Counted from the first letter of the stretch, positions 11,123 through 24,039 are shown. The stretch: 64,000 nt of DNA from Macrostomum hystrix (GCA_950097015.1 CATNEN010000003.1:6758001-6822000), one strand, 5' to 3'. Made by a program: numbers and translations. Notes: a model not told the origin generated them from the sequence alone.

Positions 11123-14100
11123 TACCACTGCTATTTGTAGCCCAAAAAATAAAAACACGGCTAGCTAAATTTTAATAAAAACAGGTAGATTGATATAAAA
11201 TTTCTAACTTATGTTATTTTTACAAAAATTACCTATTTACCTTGTTCTTTTTAATTTTAGCTCTATTAAAAAATGAGATCCATTACCTAATGCTAATGCG
11301 AAGACGTATATGCTTTCAGTAGCAGTACAAGAACCAGAAACAGTACTAAAATAGAATTAAATTATTAAATTCAACACAGAAGATTAGGCCTAGTAATAAA
11401 ATGTCAAAAAGACGTTCGTAAATCAACATTGCGACATAATTGTATTACATTCAAAGATAGGCCCTGAAAAGTTTTTCATAGAAAACACATTTCATAGGGC
11501 CTAGATAAAGCAAATTCGATTGACAAATATGCATGCAATAGTATTCGTCAAAATCGTTGTAATGTTTTGTCGCATTTTTATACTCGTACTTTAATTCATT
11601 GCGTGTTTGATTTGCTTGTTGCTATTTTGATTTTTTGTTCAATTATACCAAATTTAAATATTGCTGCATGATTCGCAGCCTGAGACTGCACATACGCGTT
11701 GGAATCGTTAAGTTAACTGTGAGTAATTGCAAGCCTCGTGACTTCATTTTACTTTGCTTTTAATAGTGACAGTTGTGCGACCGGTATTGTGTTAAGGTAT
11801 CAGTGCTGAATCCATTTGTTTGTCTGAAAAATCCCTTTCAAATCGGAACAAAATACTTAGCTTGTTTTAGAATGTTGGCCGTGTTGTATGTTTTACCATA
11901 ATAGGCCGGCTTAACTAATGGGCGGAAGGAGAGCGAGAGACGGAGGTGGATAGGGGCAGATGGAGAGAGAGATGCGAGTTAGAAAGGGAGACGGAGGTAG
12001 AGAGGGAGTGGAGGGAGATAATAAGCAGCTATAGTGGTGCATCTCTAGGATTTTCGGAAGGGAGCGGAGAGGGGCGGACCAAAGGTAAATATAATCATCT
12101 GGGATTGAGGCGGATAGGGTTCAATGGCCATTTTGGTGAAAAATTTGGATGCGTCGTGCAATAAAATGAATGTCCTAGCTGGAGCGTGAGGAATTTAAAG
12201 CTAGCGACTATTCACTATTCGCCGTGGTCGGTGTTCTACCAATCGGTTCAATAGCAGCAGGAGAAATCTGAAAATAAATAGCGATATGAGACTGGGGATA
12301 GCGAGCGAAGCGGAATATATAAGTGATGAGATCCGCGTGTCGTCCTCCGGCCCGGCGAAACTCCCAATGAAAAAAGAATAACACAGTATGAACACGAAGA
12401 CTCGAATAATTTGATTAGGAGTGATTTAGTCTATGTTTTGTGACTCGCCGACTCCAGATTAGAATATGAATTGATTTGATTCTCGTTTACTTGCTCAACT
12501 TGATTAAAAACTTACACTGACAGAATGAGGATATTCGCACGGAAAGCTATTTTAGCGCGCTCACAGTGAAAAGCAAATTTGGTCCGGGGAAATTGGATTT
12601 AACAATTTTAATTAAACTGGCCTAATCCACGCCCTACTCTTCCCGAGAGGCTCCGGTTGTCTCTGCTTTCAGCGCTGCCCCGAAAGATCCTATCGGTTGG
12701 CACTCCTTCTGCCTGACGGCGGAGTCTCCGAAGAGAGCACGTACTGACTTCGACAACAAGCGCGCGCCTATCTAGACCACCATTGTCAGCGGCGCACTCT
12801 CAAGACGCGTAGCGCCGAAAGCTACCTAACTGAACAAGCAGAGCGTGGTCGGGCGGGGCGAGACAAAACAAAGTGGACTAGCTTGCACGTGCTTCTCACA
12901 GTGTGAGGCGAATTGCGGAGAACGATAAAATGTCACTGCAAAAACACGCTTCCTTTTATAGAGTCATGTTAACCCCAAATTAGGTCGATCGGCGAGGTGG
13001 ATGTCTGGCTGTAGCTTGAGCCTAGGCTACTAATCACAGCAGACTCGCGACCGCCGTTCTGAGCACCGGGGTGGCTTCTTGCCGAGGGTCGACAGGTAGT
13101 GAGGCCGGGTCGTTCGCTGATTGGCCGGGACTGTAGCCCAGGGGTAGCGCTGGGTGGCGTCTAGATGGCGCTGGAAATAGCTTTAATTCAAACTTTAATA
13201 AACTGACAAATCGCGAATTTCTCAGCTGTTACCCAAGAGTAAAGTTTCTTTTCTCGCTGGCTGACACTGCCAAACGATAACAGGCAAACACATGTGGTGT
13301 GCCTGTGGCCAAAATGATCACAAGTGAGCATAGGACCAAATCGATCAACACTTGTTGTTTTGTCCGCGCAGATTTAAGCGCGCTTGCAAGCAGTACAATA
13401 TAGTCTCGTGTAATGAGTATTTCCTGCTGTTACTGTCACGGACTATAATGTTTCTATTCGGTATGTCAGTTAACGTTTTTTCCCTGATGATGGCGCTGCA
13501 CCTTAGCTCGTACTTTTATTAAATTATTTTTTTGTTTCGAAAATATTCTTGTTGGGTCATTTTATGCACGCAATCATTTTTAAACTGCGATAATAACTTT
13601 AACTCTTTTAAACTGCGCAGTTCAAAATTCACTGCAGAAAAACAAAATTATTCTGTTTGCTTTTGAATTTTGCATGTTACTCGTACAAATAAAAGCGGTC
13701 GTAGTTTTTTACACTCGATTAATTCACACAATATAACAACTTATTTTTTTATCTGCGAATATTATTTTCTTAATTCCACGTTTAAATAACGTTTTTAAGA
13801 TCATTTCAGTTCGAAAAATAAATAATGTCCCTTATAACAGGAAAGTTTTGTCTTCCTGTTACCTTCTGCCACAGCAACAGAGAGATAAACGCTCCACGGG
13901 CCAAAGGCCCGTTTCTGTGTGGACTCCGGAGTCACATGAAAAGCGGCAGCGAAGCACTGCCTCTCGCTTCCAGTGTATTTAAATTCAAGCAGCGCGCACA
14001 ACAGAGGCAGAATGTGGAGAGAGGGAGAAACGCTGGGAGATTGCTAACACAGGGGCAGCTGTTTCTTTGTCCCACACGCACACGCTCCCCAGCGAACGCT

Positions 14101-15573
14101 CGCCGAACTTCTTCCTCCCATTCCTGGGCCGTATCGATCCACGGACGCCTCGTCGTGTACGCGAATCATGTGAGCCATGCAAATACAATGTTCTGAAGCG
14201 TATTTGCAAGGCTTACATCCCTAAAGTATGATCCTCTTAATTGTGAAGCAATAATCATCAGTATAGAAATATTCATCTAGTATCTATTCCTACCCTGATT
14301 TCATATCAAAACCTGTTTTTCAGCGTACTAATAGTTTAACTCCAACGAATGTATCTTACGAGTAAGTCCATAAAGTCGACCAACAACTTCACTTGCAAAG
14401 TGTTTGGGGAGTAGGATGTGTTCGAACTCGTTCCCAGACGATATTAATGTAAATTCAGTCTTTTTCAACCGGCCAGTTTTCACCATAATTGTAAGAGATG
14501 CTTGAGGCCAGTCAGAGAAGTCGAAGCACTTGATTCGATCCCACGGACTCCTAGTTCACTCAAGTCCAGCGTGACGAGGGTTTATTCTTCGATTGTTTTT
14601 AGAATTTAAGCGAACTCTTATAGTAAGCCAAATGCATAGCACATAATGAGCCTATTTCGCAATGGAAACGTAATTCCTCCACCTCACCTCCCCCAAGCTT
14701 AATGTACAACTTCGGGCCAATCAGAATGCGGTACAAAGCGGTTCAAAGGGGTTGTACACAGCGCAGGATCAAGGCTGTGAATTACCATCACGGTTCACGC
14801 GCGTGATGCGTGATTTCTCCCATATATATATCCCCATAGATTTTCCTCCCAAAAAACAACATTGGATCCCGCCTAATTCATCCGTGGCGACAGCTCAACC
14901 GCCTTTGGCGTCCCAGGGGTTCACCCCTCGGCTTAAGTGCCCCTCCTAGTCTCCCTGCTATGAATTCCCATAAACAAACTTATATCCCCTTCCTAAAAGC
15001 TATCCCCACATGTTGAATCCCTAATCAGGGGATCACTACTCAGTTAGTGAGTAGGGGGCGCATGTCACTGCGATCCGAGAGAAAGTTTTTGGCAGTACAA
15101 TGAATAGTAGATAATGTAATAATGTACAAGACACGCACAGAACACACTGTCTGCATGTGGGTTTCTTGATTAGGAACTGAAAATCATTATCGTTTCAAAT
15201 AGAACAAAAGCAACGAAATGGACCGATGTCGATGCCAGCTCTGTTCCATGGTAATATCCCCACTTACTAATATATGTACAAGGCAGGGGTCGGAGAGTGC
15301 AAGAATTAAAGGGAACTAAATGACATTGCGTAGTGCACACATACTTCGCGAGTACAGTTAGATCCCGAACAGCTGCATGGTAGCCCCTCAATCTTTCTAA
15401 CCCTTCCTCTCTTCAGCCTGTCCAATGGTGTACAAAGCAGACTTATATTACAGAACTTCCTCGTTCCTAGTTCCTCAACCCCTGAGGCTGAAGGGACATC
15501 CTCTTACTTTCTATATTCTCCCGGGCCCCCCGTTCTGTACTACGAAAGATTCAAGATTGAAAAAATCGCCACA

Positions 15574-15888
15574 ATGTCTGGGAAACAGGATCAAGACGGC
15601 CAGCAGAAGCAGCAGCCTCTCAGTCGTCAGGAGCGCAACTTTTGCTTGATGAGACGACGCGAACTGAGCTTACTCAACAAGAGACTCGAGTGCTCGGTTG
15701 AGCTCAAGATTAAAATTATTCTGGTTGGCAATTCTTCAGTTGGTAAGACTAGTATCATCAAGAAGTTTATGGACGACAAAGCAGACATTAGGACTGTACA
15801 AACAACAATGCTTTGCGATTTTCATCACTGCCTGGTGTCTCTAACAGGCCGTGCGGTTCAAATACGCATCTGGGACACAGGTGGCATG
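15574..15888 (+). CDS. Divergent Rab-family small GTPase, exon 1
   Basis: P-loop GNSSVGKTS and G3 WDTGGM, followed by strong donor ATG|GTGAGT (phase 0). Confidence 0.88.
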
Positions 15889-15897
15889 GTGAGTAAA

Positions 15898-18800
15898 CTG
15901 ACCAGACTGTGCTCTGACCAATTCTTGTGGTGACTGTGCTCTGACTAATTCTTGTGGTGACTGTGCTCTGACCAATTCTTGTGGTGACTGTGCTCTGACC
16001 AATTCTTGTGGTGACTGTGCTCTGACCAATTCTTGTAGTGACTGTGCTCTGACCAATTCTTGTGGTGACTGTGCTCTGACCATTCTTGTGGTGACTGTGC
16101 TCTGACCATCCTTGTGGTGACTGTGCTCTGACCAATTCTTGTGGTGACTGTGCTCTGACCATTCTTGTAGTGACTGTGCTCTGACCAATTCTTGTGGTGA
16201 CTGTGCTCTGACCATTCTTGTGGTGACTGTGCTCTGACCATTCTTGTGGTGACTGTGCTCTGACCAATTCTTGTGGTGACTGTGCTCTGACCATTCTTGT
16301 GGTGACTGTGCTCTGACCAATTCTTGTGGTGACTGTGCTCTGACCAATTCTTGTGGTGACTGTGCTCTGACCAATTCTTGTGGTGACTGTGCTCTGACCA
16401 ATTCTTGTGGTGACTGTGCTCTGACCATTCTTGTGGTGACTGTGCTCTGACCAATTCTTGTAGTGACTGTGCTCTGACCATTCTTGTGGTGACTGTGCTC
16501 TGACCATTCTTGTAGTGACTGCGCTCTGACCATTCTTGTGGTGACTGTGCTCTGACCATTCTTGTGGTGACTGTGCTCTGACCAATTCTTGTGGTGACTG
16601 TGCTCTGACCATTCTTGTGGTGACTGTGCTCTGACCAATTCTTGTGGTGACTGTGCTCTGACCATTCTTGTGGTGACTGTGCTCTGACCAATTATTGTAG
16701 TGACTGTGCTCTGACCATTCTTGTGGTGACTGTGCTCTGACCAATTCTTGTGGTGACTGTGCTCTGACCAATTCTTGTGGTGACTGTGCTCTGACCATTC
16801 TTGTGGTGACTGTGCTCTGACCAATCTTGTGGTGACTGTGCTCTGACCATTCTTGTGGTGACTGTGCTCTGACCATTCTTGTGGTGACTGTGCTCTGACC
16901 AATTCTTTTGGTGACTGTGCTCTGACCAATCTTGTGGTGACTGTGCTCTGACCATTCTTGTGGTGACTGTGCTCTGACCATTCTTGTAGTGACTGTGCTC
17001 TGACCATTCTTGTGGTGACTGTGCTCTGACCATTCTTGTGGTGACTGTGCTCTGACCAATTCTTGTGGTGACTGTGCTCTGACCAATTCTTGTGGTGACT
17101 GTGCTCTGACCATTCTTGTGGTGACTGTGCTCTGACCAATCTTGTGGTGACTGTGCTCTGACCATTCTTGTGGTGACTGTGCTCTGACCATTCTTGTGGT
17201 GACTGTGCTCTGACCAATCTTGTGGTGACTGTGCTCTGACCATTCTTGTGGTGACTGTGCTCTGACCAATTCTTGTAGGTGACTGTGCTCTGACCAATTC
17301 TTGTGTGACTGTGCTCTTGACCAATTCTTGTGGTGACTGTGCGCTGACCAATTCTTGTGGTGACTGTGCGCTGACCAATTCTTGTGATGACTGTGCTCTG
17401 ACCAATTCTTGTGGTGACTGTGCTCTGACCATTCTTGTGTGACTGTGCTCTGACCATTCTTGTGGTGACTGTGCTCTGACCAATTCTTGTGGTGACTGTG
17501 CTCTGACCAATTCTTGTGGTGACTGTGCTCTGACCATTCTTGTGGTGACTGTGCTCTGACCAATTCTTGTGGTGACTGTGCTCTGACCATTCTTGTGGTG
17601 ACTGTGCTCTGACCAATTCTTGTGGTGACTGTGCTCTGACCAATTCTTGTGGTGACTGTGCTCTGACCAATTCTTGTGGTGACTGTGCTCTGACCAATTC
17701 TTGTGGTGACTGTGCTCTGACCATTCTTGTGGTGACTGTGCTCTGACCATTCTTGTGGTGACTGTGCTCTGACCAATTCTTGTGGTGACTGTGCTCTGAC
17801 CATTCTTGTGGTGACTGTGCTCTGACCAATTCTTGTGGTGACTGTGCTCTGACCAATTCTTGTGGTGACTGTGCTCTGACCAATTCTTGTGGTGACTGTG
17901 CTCTGACCATTCTTGTGGTGACTGTGCTCTGACCATTCTTGTGGTGACTGTGCTCTGACCAATTCTTGTGGTGACTGTGCTCTGACCATTCTTGTGGTGA
18001 CTGTGCTCTGACCAATTCTTGTGGTGACTGTGCTCTGACCAATTCTTGTGGTGACTGTGCTCTGACCATTCTTGTGGTGACTGTGCTCTGACCAATCTTG
18101 TGGTGACTGTGCTCTGACCATTCTTGTGGTGACTGTGCTCTGACCATTCTTGTGGTGACTGTGCTCTGACCAATTCTTGTGGTGACTGTGCTCTGACCAT
18201 TCTTGTGGTGACTGTGCTCTGACCATTCTTGTGGTGACTGTGCTCTGACCAATTCTTGTGGTGACTGTGCTCTGACCAATTCTTGTGGTGACTGTGCTCT
18301 GACCATTCTTGTGGTGACTGTGCTCTGACCAATTCTTGTGGTGACTGTGCTCTGACCAATTCTTGTGGTGACTGTGCTCTGACCAATTCTTGTGGTGACT
18401 GTGCTCTGACCATTCTTGTGGTGACTGTGCTCTGACCAATTCTTGTGGTGACTGTGCTCTGACCAATTCTTGTGGTGACTGTGCTCTGACCAATTCTTGT
18501 GGTGACTGTGCTCTGACCATTCTTGTGGTGACTGTGCTCTGACCATTCTTGTGGTGACTGTGCTCTGACCATTCTTGTGGTGACTGTGCTCTGACCATTC
18601 TTGTGGTGACTGTGCTCTGACCATTCTTGTGGTGACTGTGCTCTGACCATTCTTGTGGTGACTGTGCTCTGACCATTCTTGTGGTGACTGTGCTCTGACC
18701 AATTCTTGTGGTGACTGTGCTCTGACCATTCTTGTGGTGACTGTGCTCTGACCATTCTTGTGGTGACTGTGCTCTGACCATTCTTGTGGTGACTGTGCTC

Positions 18801-20318
18801 TGACCATTCTTGTGGTGACTGTGCTCTGACCAATTCTTGTGGTGACTGTGCTCTGACCATTCTTGTGGTGACTGTGCTCTGACCAATTCTTGTGGTGACT
18901 GTGCTCTGACCAATTCTTGTGGTGACTGTGCTCTGACCATTCTTGTGGTGACTGTGCTCTGACCATTCTTGTGGTGACTGTGCTCTGACCAATTCTTGTG
19001 GCGACTGTGCTCTGACCATTCTTGTGGCGACTGTGCTCTGACCATTCTTGTGGTGACTGTGCTCTGACCATTCTTGTGGTGACTGTGCTCTGACCATTCT
19101 TGTAGTGACTGTGCTCTGACCAATTCTTGTGGCGACTGTGCTCTGACCATTCATGTGGTGACTGTGCTCTGACCATTCTTGTGGTGACTGTGCTCTGACC
19201 ATTCTTGTGGTGACTGTGCTCTGACCATTCTTGTAGTGACTGTGCTCTGACCATTCTTGTGGTGACTGTGCTCTGACCATTCTTGTGGTGACTGTGCTCT
19301 GACCATTCTTGTGGTGACTGTGCTCTGACCATTCTTGTGGTGACTGTGCTCTGACCATTCTTGTGGTGACTGTGCTCTGACCATTCTTGTGGTGACTGTG
19401 CTCTGACCAATTCTTGTAGTGACTGTGCTCTGACCATTCTTGTGGTGACTGTGCTCTGACCAATTCTTGTGGTGACTGTGCTCTGACCATTCTTGTGGTG
19501 ACTGTGCTCTGACCATTCTTGTGGTGACTGTGCTCTGACCATTCTTGTGGTGACTGTGCTCTGACCAATTCTTGTGGCGACTGTGCTCTGACCATTCTTG
19601 TGGTGACTGTGCTCTGACCATTCTTGTGGTGACTGTGCTCTGACCATTCTTGTAGTGACTGTGCTCTGACCAATTCTTTTGGTGACAGTGCTCTGACCAA
19701 TTCTTGTGGTGACTGTGCTTTGACAATTCTTGTGGCGACTGTGCTCTGACCAATTCTTGTGGCGACTGTGCTCTGACCAATTCTTGTGGTGACTGTGCTC
19801 TGACCATTCTTGTGGTGACTGTGCTCTGACCATTCTTGTGGTGACTGTGCTCTGACCAATTCTTGTAGTGACTGTGCTCTGACCATTCTTGTGGTGACTG
19901 TGCTCTGACCAATTCTTGTGGTGACTGTGCTCTGACCATTCTTGTGGTGACTGTGCTCTGACCATTCTTGTGGTGACTGTGCTCTGACCATTCTTGTGGT
20001 GACTGTGCTCTGACCAATTCTTGTGGCGACTGTGCTCTGACCATTCTTGTGGTGACTGTGCTCTGACCATTCTTGTGGTGACTGTGCTCTGACCATTCTT
20101 GTAGTGACTGTGCTCTGACCAATTCTTGTGGCGACTGTGCTCTGACCATTATTGTGGTGACTGTGCTCTGAACATTCTTGTGGCGACTGTGCTCTGACCA
20201 TTCTTGTGGCGACTGTGCTCTGACCAATTCTTGTGGTGACTGTGCTCTGACCATTCTTGTGGTGACTGTGCTCTGACCATTCTTGTGGTGACTGTGCTCT
20301 GACCAATTCTGTGACTGA
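15898..20318. repeat. Minisatellite, 27/26-bp unit ctgacc(a)attcttgtggtgactgtgct, ~165 copies, filling Rab intron 1
   Basis: Very homogeneous tandem array. Source of the artefactual 1120-1409 aa minus-strand ORFs. Confidence 0.98.
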
Positions 20319-20353
20319 CTTTTAAAAACACGATGCGCTTTTCTCTCCTACAG

Positions 20354-20473
20354 GAGCGATTTCAAGACATAAATCTAACATCGAGCTTCTACCGCAACTC
20401 AGATGGTGTTATGCTGGTGTTCGCCGTGAATGATCACGACTCTTTCCTGAGCCTGCCTAGATGGCTAGACATG
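20354..20473 (+). CDS. Rab GTPase, exon 2
   Basis: Acceptor ctcctacag|GAG. Encodes ERFQDINLTSSFYRNSDGVMLVFAVNDHDSFLSLPRWLDM (RabF3-F5 like). Donor ATG|GTGAAC. Confidence 0.88.
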
Positions 20474-20549
20474 GTGAACTTTACTATTTATCCGTAAGTT
20501 TTTATTCAGAAAATCTCAAAATGATTTTTTAATGCCTTACAATGCACAG

Positions 20550-20858
20550 GTTCGTCAGAAAACTGGCCCGAACAGCCAGTTCGACTGCAGCATTGTTGGC
20601 AACAAGTCCGACCTGGACAGCCAGCGAGTTGTTTCTCGGAATGAAGCTGAGAGACTCGCCTATCAGCAGGGCTTCACCTACATTGAGACCTCAGCACTGG
20701 ATGTCGTCAATGTGAAGAAGGCCTTCACGGATCTCGCCCTGGCCATCATCAAGCGCAACCAGATTTTTCAACAGTTTGCAAATGTCGAGCAGCAGACGGA
20801 GAAGCCAATCAGATTGTTCAGGTCTGGCAGTGTCAAGAGCAGCTGTCCCTGCGGTTGA
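20550..20858 (+). CDS. Rab GTPase, exon 3
   Basis: Acceptor gcacag|GTT. G4 GNKSDL, G5 ETSAL, and C-terminal di-cysteine prenylation motif CPCG*. Confidence 0.9.
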   Translation, partial: VRQKTGPNSQFDCSIVGNKSDLDSQRVVSRNEAERLAYQQGFTYIETSALDVVNVKKAFTDLALAIIKRNQIFQQFANVEQQTEKPIRLFRSGSVKSSCPCG

Positions 20859-21194
20859 GCTGGTTTTGCACTTAAGCAACAGAAATCAAGCGCCAGAGAC
20901 CCAACTATCGCCATGCACAAACTCATTTTCACTTGAACACAAAAAGTTCACTGTATGAATACAGTGAATACCATTACCGCATGATTGGCTCAATTAATGA
21001 TTGAGTATAGAATACAAGCATATGATGTATTCAAAACTAGTTCATGTATATTAGTTCTCCACAGATGTACCTATTTATCTTCGATAAATAAAAGAAACTG
21101 ATCGAATGCCTCAAAATACAAAACGTGCAGCCTAAACGTACGGGTATATAGTGTAAGACAGACAGCTTTGCTGGCAAACGTCGGCTGGCAAACT

Positions 21195-21422
21195 TCAATA
21201 TCTCGCTGGAAGGATCAGGTATTCTTTTGCTCCTGCGCGTGTCGGCGTCGGTGGCCTGAAGGACGCAACAGGGCTCGGCGACGGCATTCGATGTCGATAG
21301 ACGAAGACGTCCCAGAAGCCTGGAAAAGCGGCAGGGTCGGCACCGTCGAAGGTTGGGAGGTGGACGTTCCTGAGAATTTTTACGCGGATGAGCCCGACCA
21401 GATCGTGAGCCTCAGTAGCCAA
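21195..21422 (-). mobile_element. Possible relic of BEL/Pao LTR-retrotransposon gag (DUF1759-like)
   Basis: Minus-strand ORF contains VHLPTFDGADPAAFPGFWDVF, resembling the LPxFxGxPxxWxxFWDxF motif of BEL/Pao gag. It is a GC-rich island. No LTRs identified. Confidence 0.4.
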
Positions 21423-22589
21423 GTACGGCTACCAATTTGTCGTTGTTGACAATAAACTAAACTAAGCTCTGATTATTTGATTTGACGTTTTGACAAACAA
21501 TAAATTCAGCGATAATTTGTTTAAGTCGAGAATGAACGAATATTTTAGAGCAAGCTTTAGAGCGAAACTACGAGGGCGCCACAAAGGTTCGATTACATCC
21601 CCACCTTTGGTAGGAACCTCGTAAAGTACGGAATCCCCTATGCGAAAGACCAGGACAGGCCCTTGAGTAGATGCCCATGCAGCATAGAGTCCCTCTAGCG
21701 GCTATCATGTTATTTCTTTCTGTCCTAAATATTAGTGGCATTGCAGCCGGGGCCACTGCCTCATTAGGTTCTAGCAAGGTTTGGTGGCAGAACTACTTTA
21801 AGTAGTCCCTTACCCTAAGAACTGACCCCCTTTCATCTTGGGATTAGCACCTTGGGATTTCCAGTGCTCGCATTGAGCAATCCACGGGTTTCATCATGGC
21901 ATTAATTTCGAGCGTACAGCCTGTTTTCCAGACTGTCTGTAGGTATACGCACAGAAAATAAGAAAAAAAATACTTTTCCTTTAAGGGTAGTTTTTTGAAA
22001 GTTTTTAATTGACAATCTTTATGTGCGTATATTTCAGCGAATAAACAAAACGAATATACGAGTATTATTAACATGGTTTCAAATAAGAGCAGATCTATAC
22101 AGATAATAATTATAAATATGTACAATAGTTACCACTAGTCTACAAGTCAAGTACACACCAATTATTGTGTTTAAAACCAAGCTAGAAAGAAATAATCAAA
22201 ATCCGATTGAACAACAAACAAAAAATTAAAATTTGAAGCAAGATTAAATCTTGCACTAAGACTGATATAAATAAAAGCACATTTGAAAAGCAGACGCTGA
22301 TAAAATACAAACAAATTTTATTGCATTTTATTTTCTACGGTTGATTAAATTCACAGGTGAATGATATTAGATTGCCATTTTGAATTATTTTTTGTTTAAA
22401 CTTACATAATAAAAAACACAGTAGTTTCTGAATAAAAAACTAACCAGAAATAACAGGAATATCACAGAACTGATCATTCGCTGAAACAATGAATGAAGCT
22501 TCTAACTCAAATAAACACAATAAATAGATCTCTATTGTAGGTACACTACATGAACCCGATGAATATTGGGTTAAGTTTAGAATCGTTGC

Positions 22590-22793
22590 TCATTGCCAAG
22601 GCGTAAAGCAAACCAGGCGATCAGAAATCACGGCCCGACAAACTGGGCAGGTGTCTAGCCGACTAGCGCAATCCTGACAGGCCAACATGTGACTGCAGGG
22701 CTGGAATACGACTGATAAACAGGCATCCATGCAGATCTGGCACTGGCGAGACTGCTCAAGTCTGAGAATTCTATCCAGCAAGCTGGCGCGAGT
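22590..22793 (-). CDS. MYLIP: MYLIP-like, exon 5 (C-terminal RING)
   Basis: Acceptor cccgcag|ACT. Encodes the C3HC4 RING CQICMD...PCSH...CQDC...CPVC, then TGA. Confidence 0.9.
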   Translation of the reverse strand, partial: TRASLLDRILRLEQSRQCQICMDACLSVVFQPCSHMLACQDCASRLDTCPVCRAVISDRLVCFTPWQ

Positions 22794-22904
22794 CTGCGGG
22801 TGAGAAGATTCGCTTTGAGTTTGACCAAGAGGTCCCGAGTTCGAATCTCATGCTGAAGAAAATTAAATACCTGAAAATTCAGTACACTACTTTAAGTAGC
22901 TTAC

Positions 22905-23092
22905 CTCGCCGTCTTTGTCCTCATCAGACGATTGCACATTTCGTCTTCGCTGAATGCCACTCTGTCGCTTGGAGACATCATCGTTGCAAGCACCTGAAGC
23001 TGAACCAGCGGTGAGACACTTGTGCATCTGCCGCCTGGCATTGTCGTGAACCTCCTTGGCTGTTCGTTGCACGTCGAATACGAAATTTCTCG
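22905..23092 (-). CDS. MYLIP: MYLIP-like, exon 4
   Basis: Acceptor ttgtag|CG. Encodes FVFDVQRTAKEVHDNARR, compared with MYLIP YVFDIKRTSKEVYDHARR. Donor GAG|GTAAG. Confidence 0.9.
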
Positions 23093-23779
23093 CTACAAAA
23101 TTTGGAGAGAGTAATTGATTTTTGTAACTTTTTAACTGAAACAAGCGCGGGTTACTCTACTGTTAGTAGACGAAGTGAAGATAAATGGAACTTTTTACGA
23201 TATAGCTAATTTTATACTTCTCTAGTTTGAATCGGAAGTTACAGCTGATAGGTAACTTTTTTATAACTTACTAAACTCAAAGCAATTTATTGTCTGATTA
23301 TAAAAGCAACGAAGAATTGTACTACAATCATGGCGCGGCCAAAGAAAAAAAACTCTAGAGAAAGACATTGGTAAGAGTTTTAAGAGAATAAGAATAATGA
23401 TTTATAACCCAAGCGTATGCTTAGCTGCTGTCAGAGGTATGTCATATTGCTATACAGTTAAATATACCAACCCCATTGTATGCTGTAGACACACCCTCAG
23501 TTTTCTATACAGAATAAAATCTTTGCGACTCAAACTATTTGTTATAATATGAAAGCTGTCGCCCCTAGATTTTCTGAAATAAATTTCGACCACTTTTTCA
23601 TGACATCGAAAATGACAATTCTATTCTTAAAGCTTTTGACGTCACGAAGTTATCTAACAGATAAAGTCGAAAGGTGAAATCTAGACAGGAAAGATTCTAT
23701 TAAGTCTTTTGCAGACTTCTAAAAGCGAAAAGCAAAAGTATATACTACTCAATTACTCAATGTAGTTTTAAAGCCTTAC

Positions 23780-24039
23780 CAGACCAAAGGTCTCCTTCGA
23801 CAAAGAGCGACACAAATGCGCCTTTAACATCTCGGCAGGTCTTTGTAGCCACATTGTTGCGCACTGTGTCGCAACGAAAAAAGCTGTGCGTCTCTGTTAC
23901 GCAACGATAAAGACAATTCGCCGCTTTGGGAGTCGCCAGTCGGAAGCCAACCTCACGAATGTTGCCATTCTCTTGGCTCAGGGATAGGTACAGAAATCGA
24001 TCACTTATGGTCACCTGCTGCACTCTGGGATAGGGATAC
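23780..24039 (-). CDS. MYLIP: MYLIP-like, exon 3
   Basis: Acceptor ttgcag|G. Encodes YPYPRVQ...LYRCVTETHSFFRCDTV, compared with MYLIP LYRAITETHAFYRCDTV. Donor G|GTAAG. Confidence 0.9.

Noticed and set aside
15788-20306. Very long repetitive ORFs (1120-1409 aa), and similar ORFs at 28.3-28.8, 30.2-30.7, 32.4-33.7, 37.0-37.7, 55.2-56.9 and 63.1-63.8 kb
   Set aside because: They are translations of stop-free minisatellite strands, open in several frames at once, and several lie antisense within introns.
21807-21818. Telomerase RNA template-like CCCTTACCCTAA
   Set aside because: It mismatches CTAACCCTAA, and no downstream pseudoknot or H/ACA domain is recognisable.
23108-23758. 10-bp inverted repeat gagtaattga/tcaattactc near both ends of MYLIP intron 3
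   Set aside because: Short and AT-rich; it cannot be distinguished from chance or an old MITE boundary.
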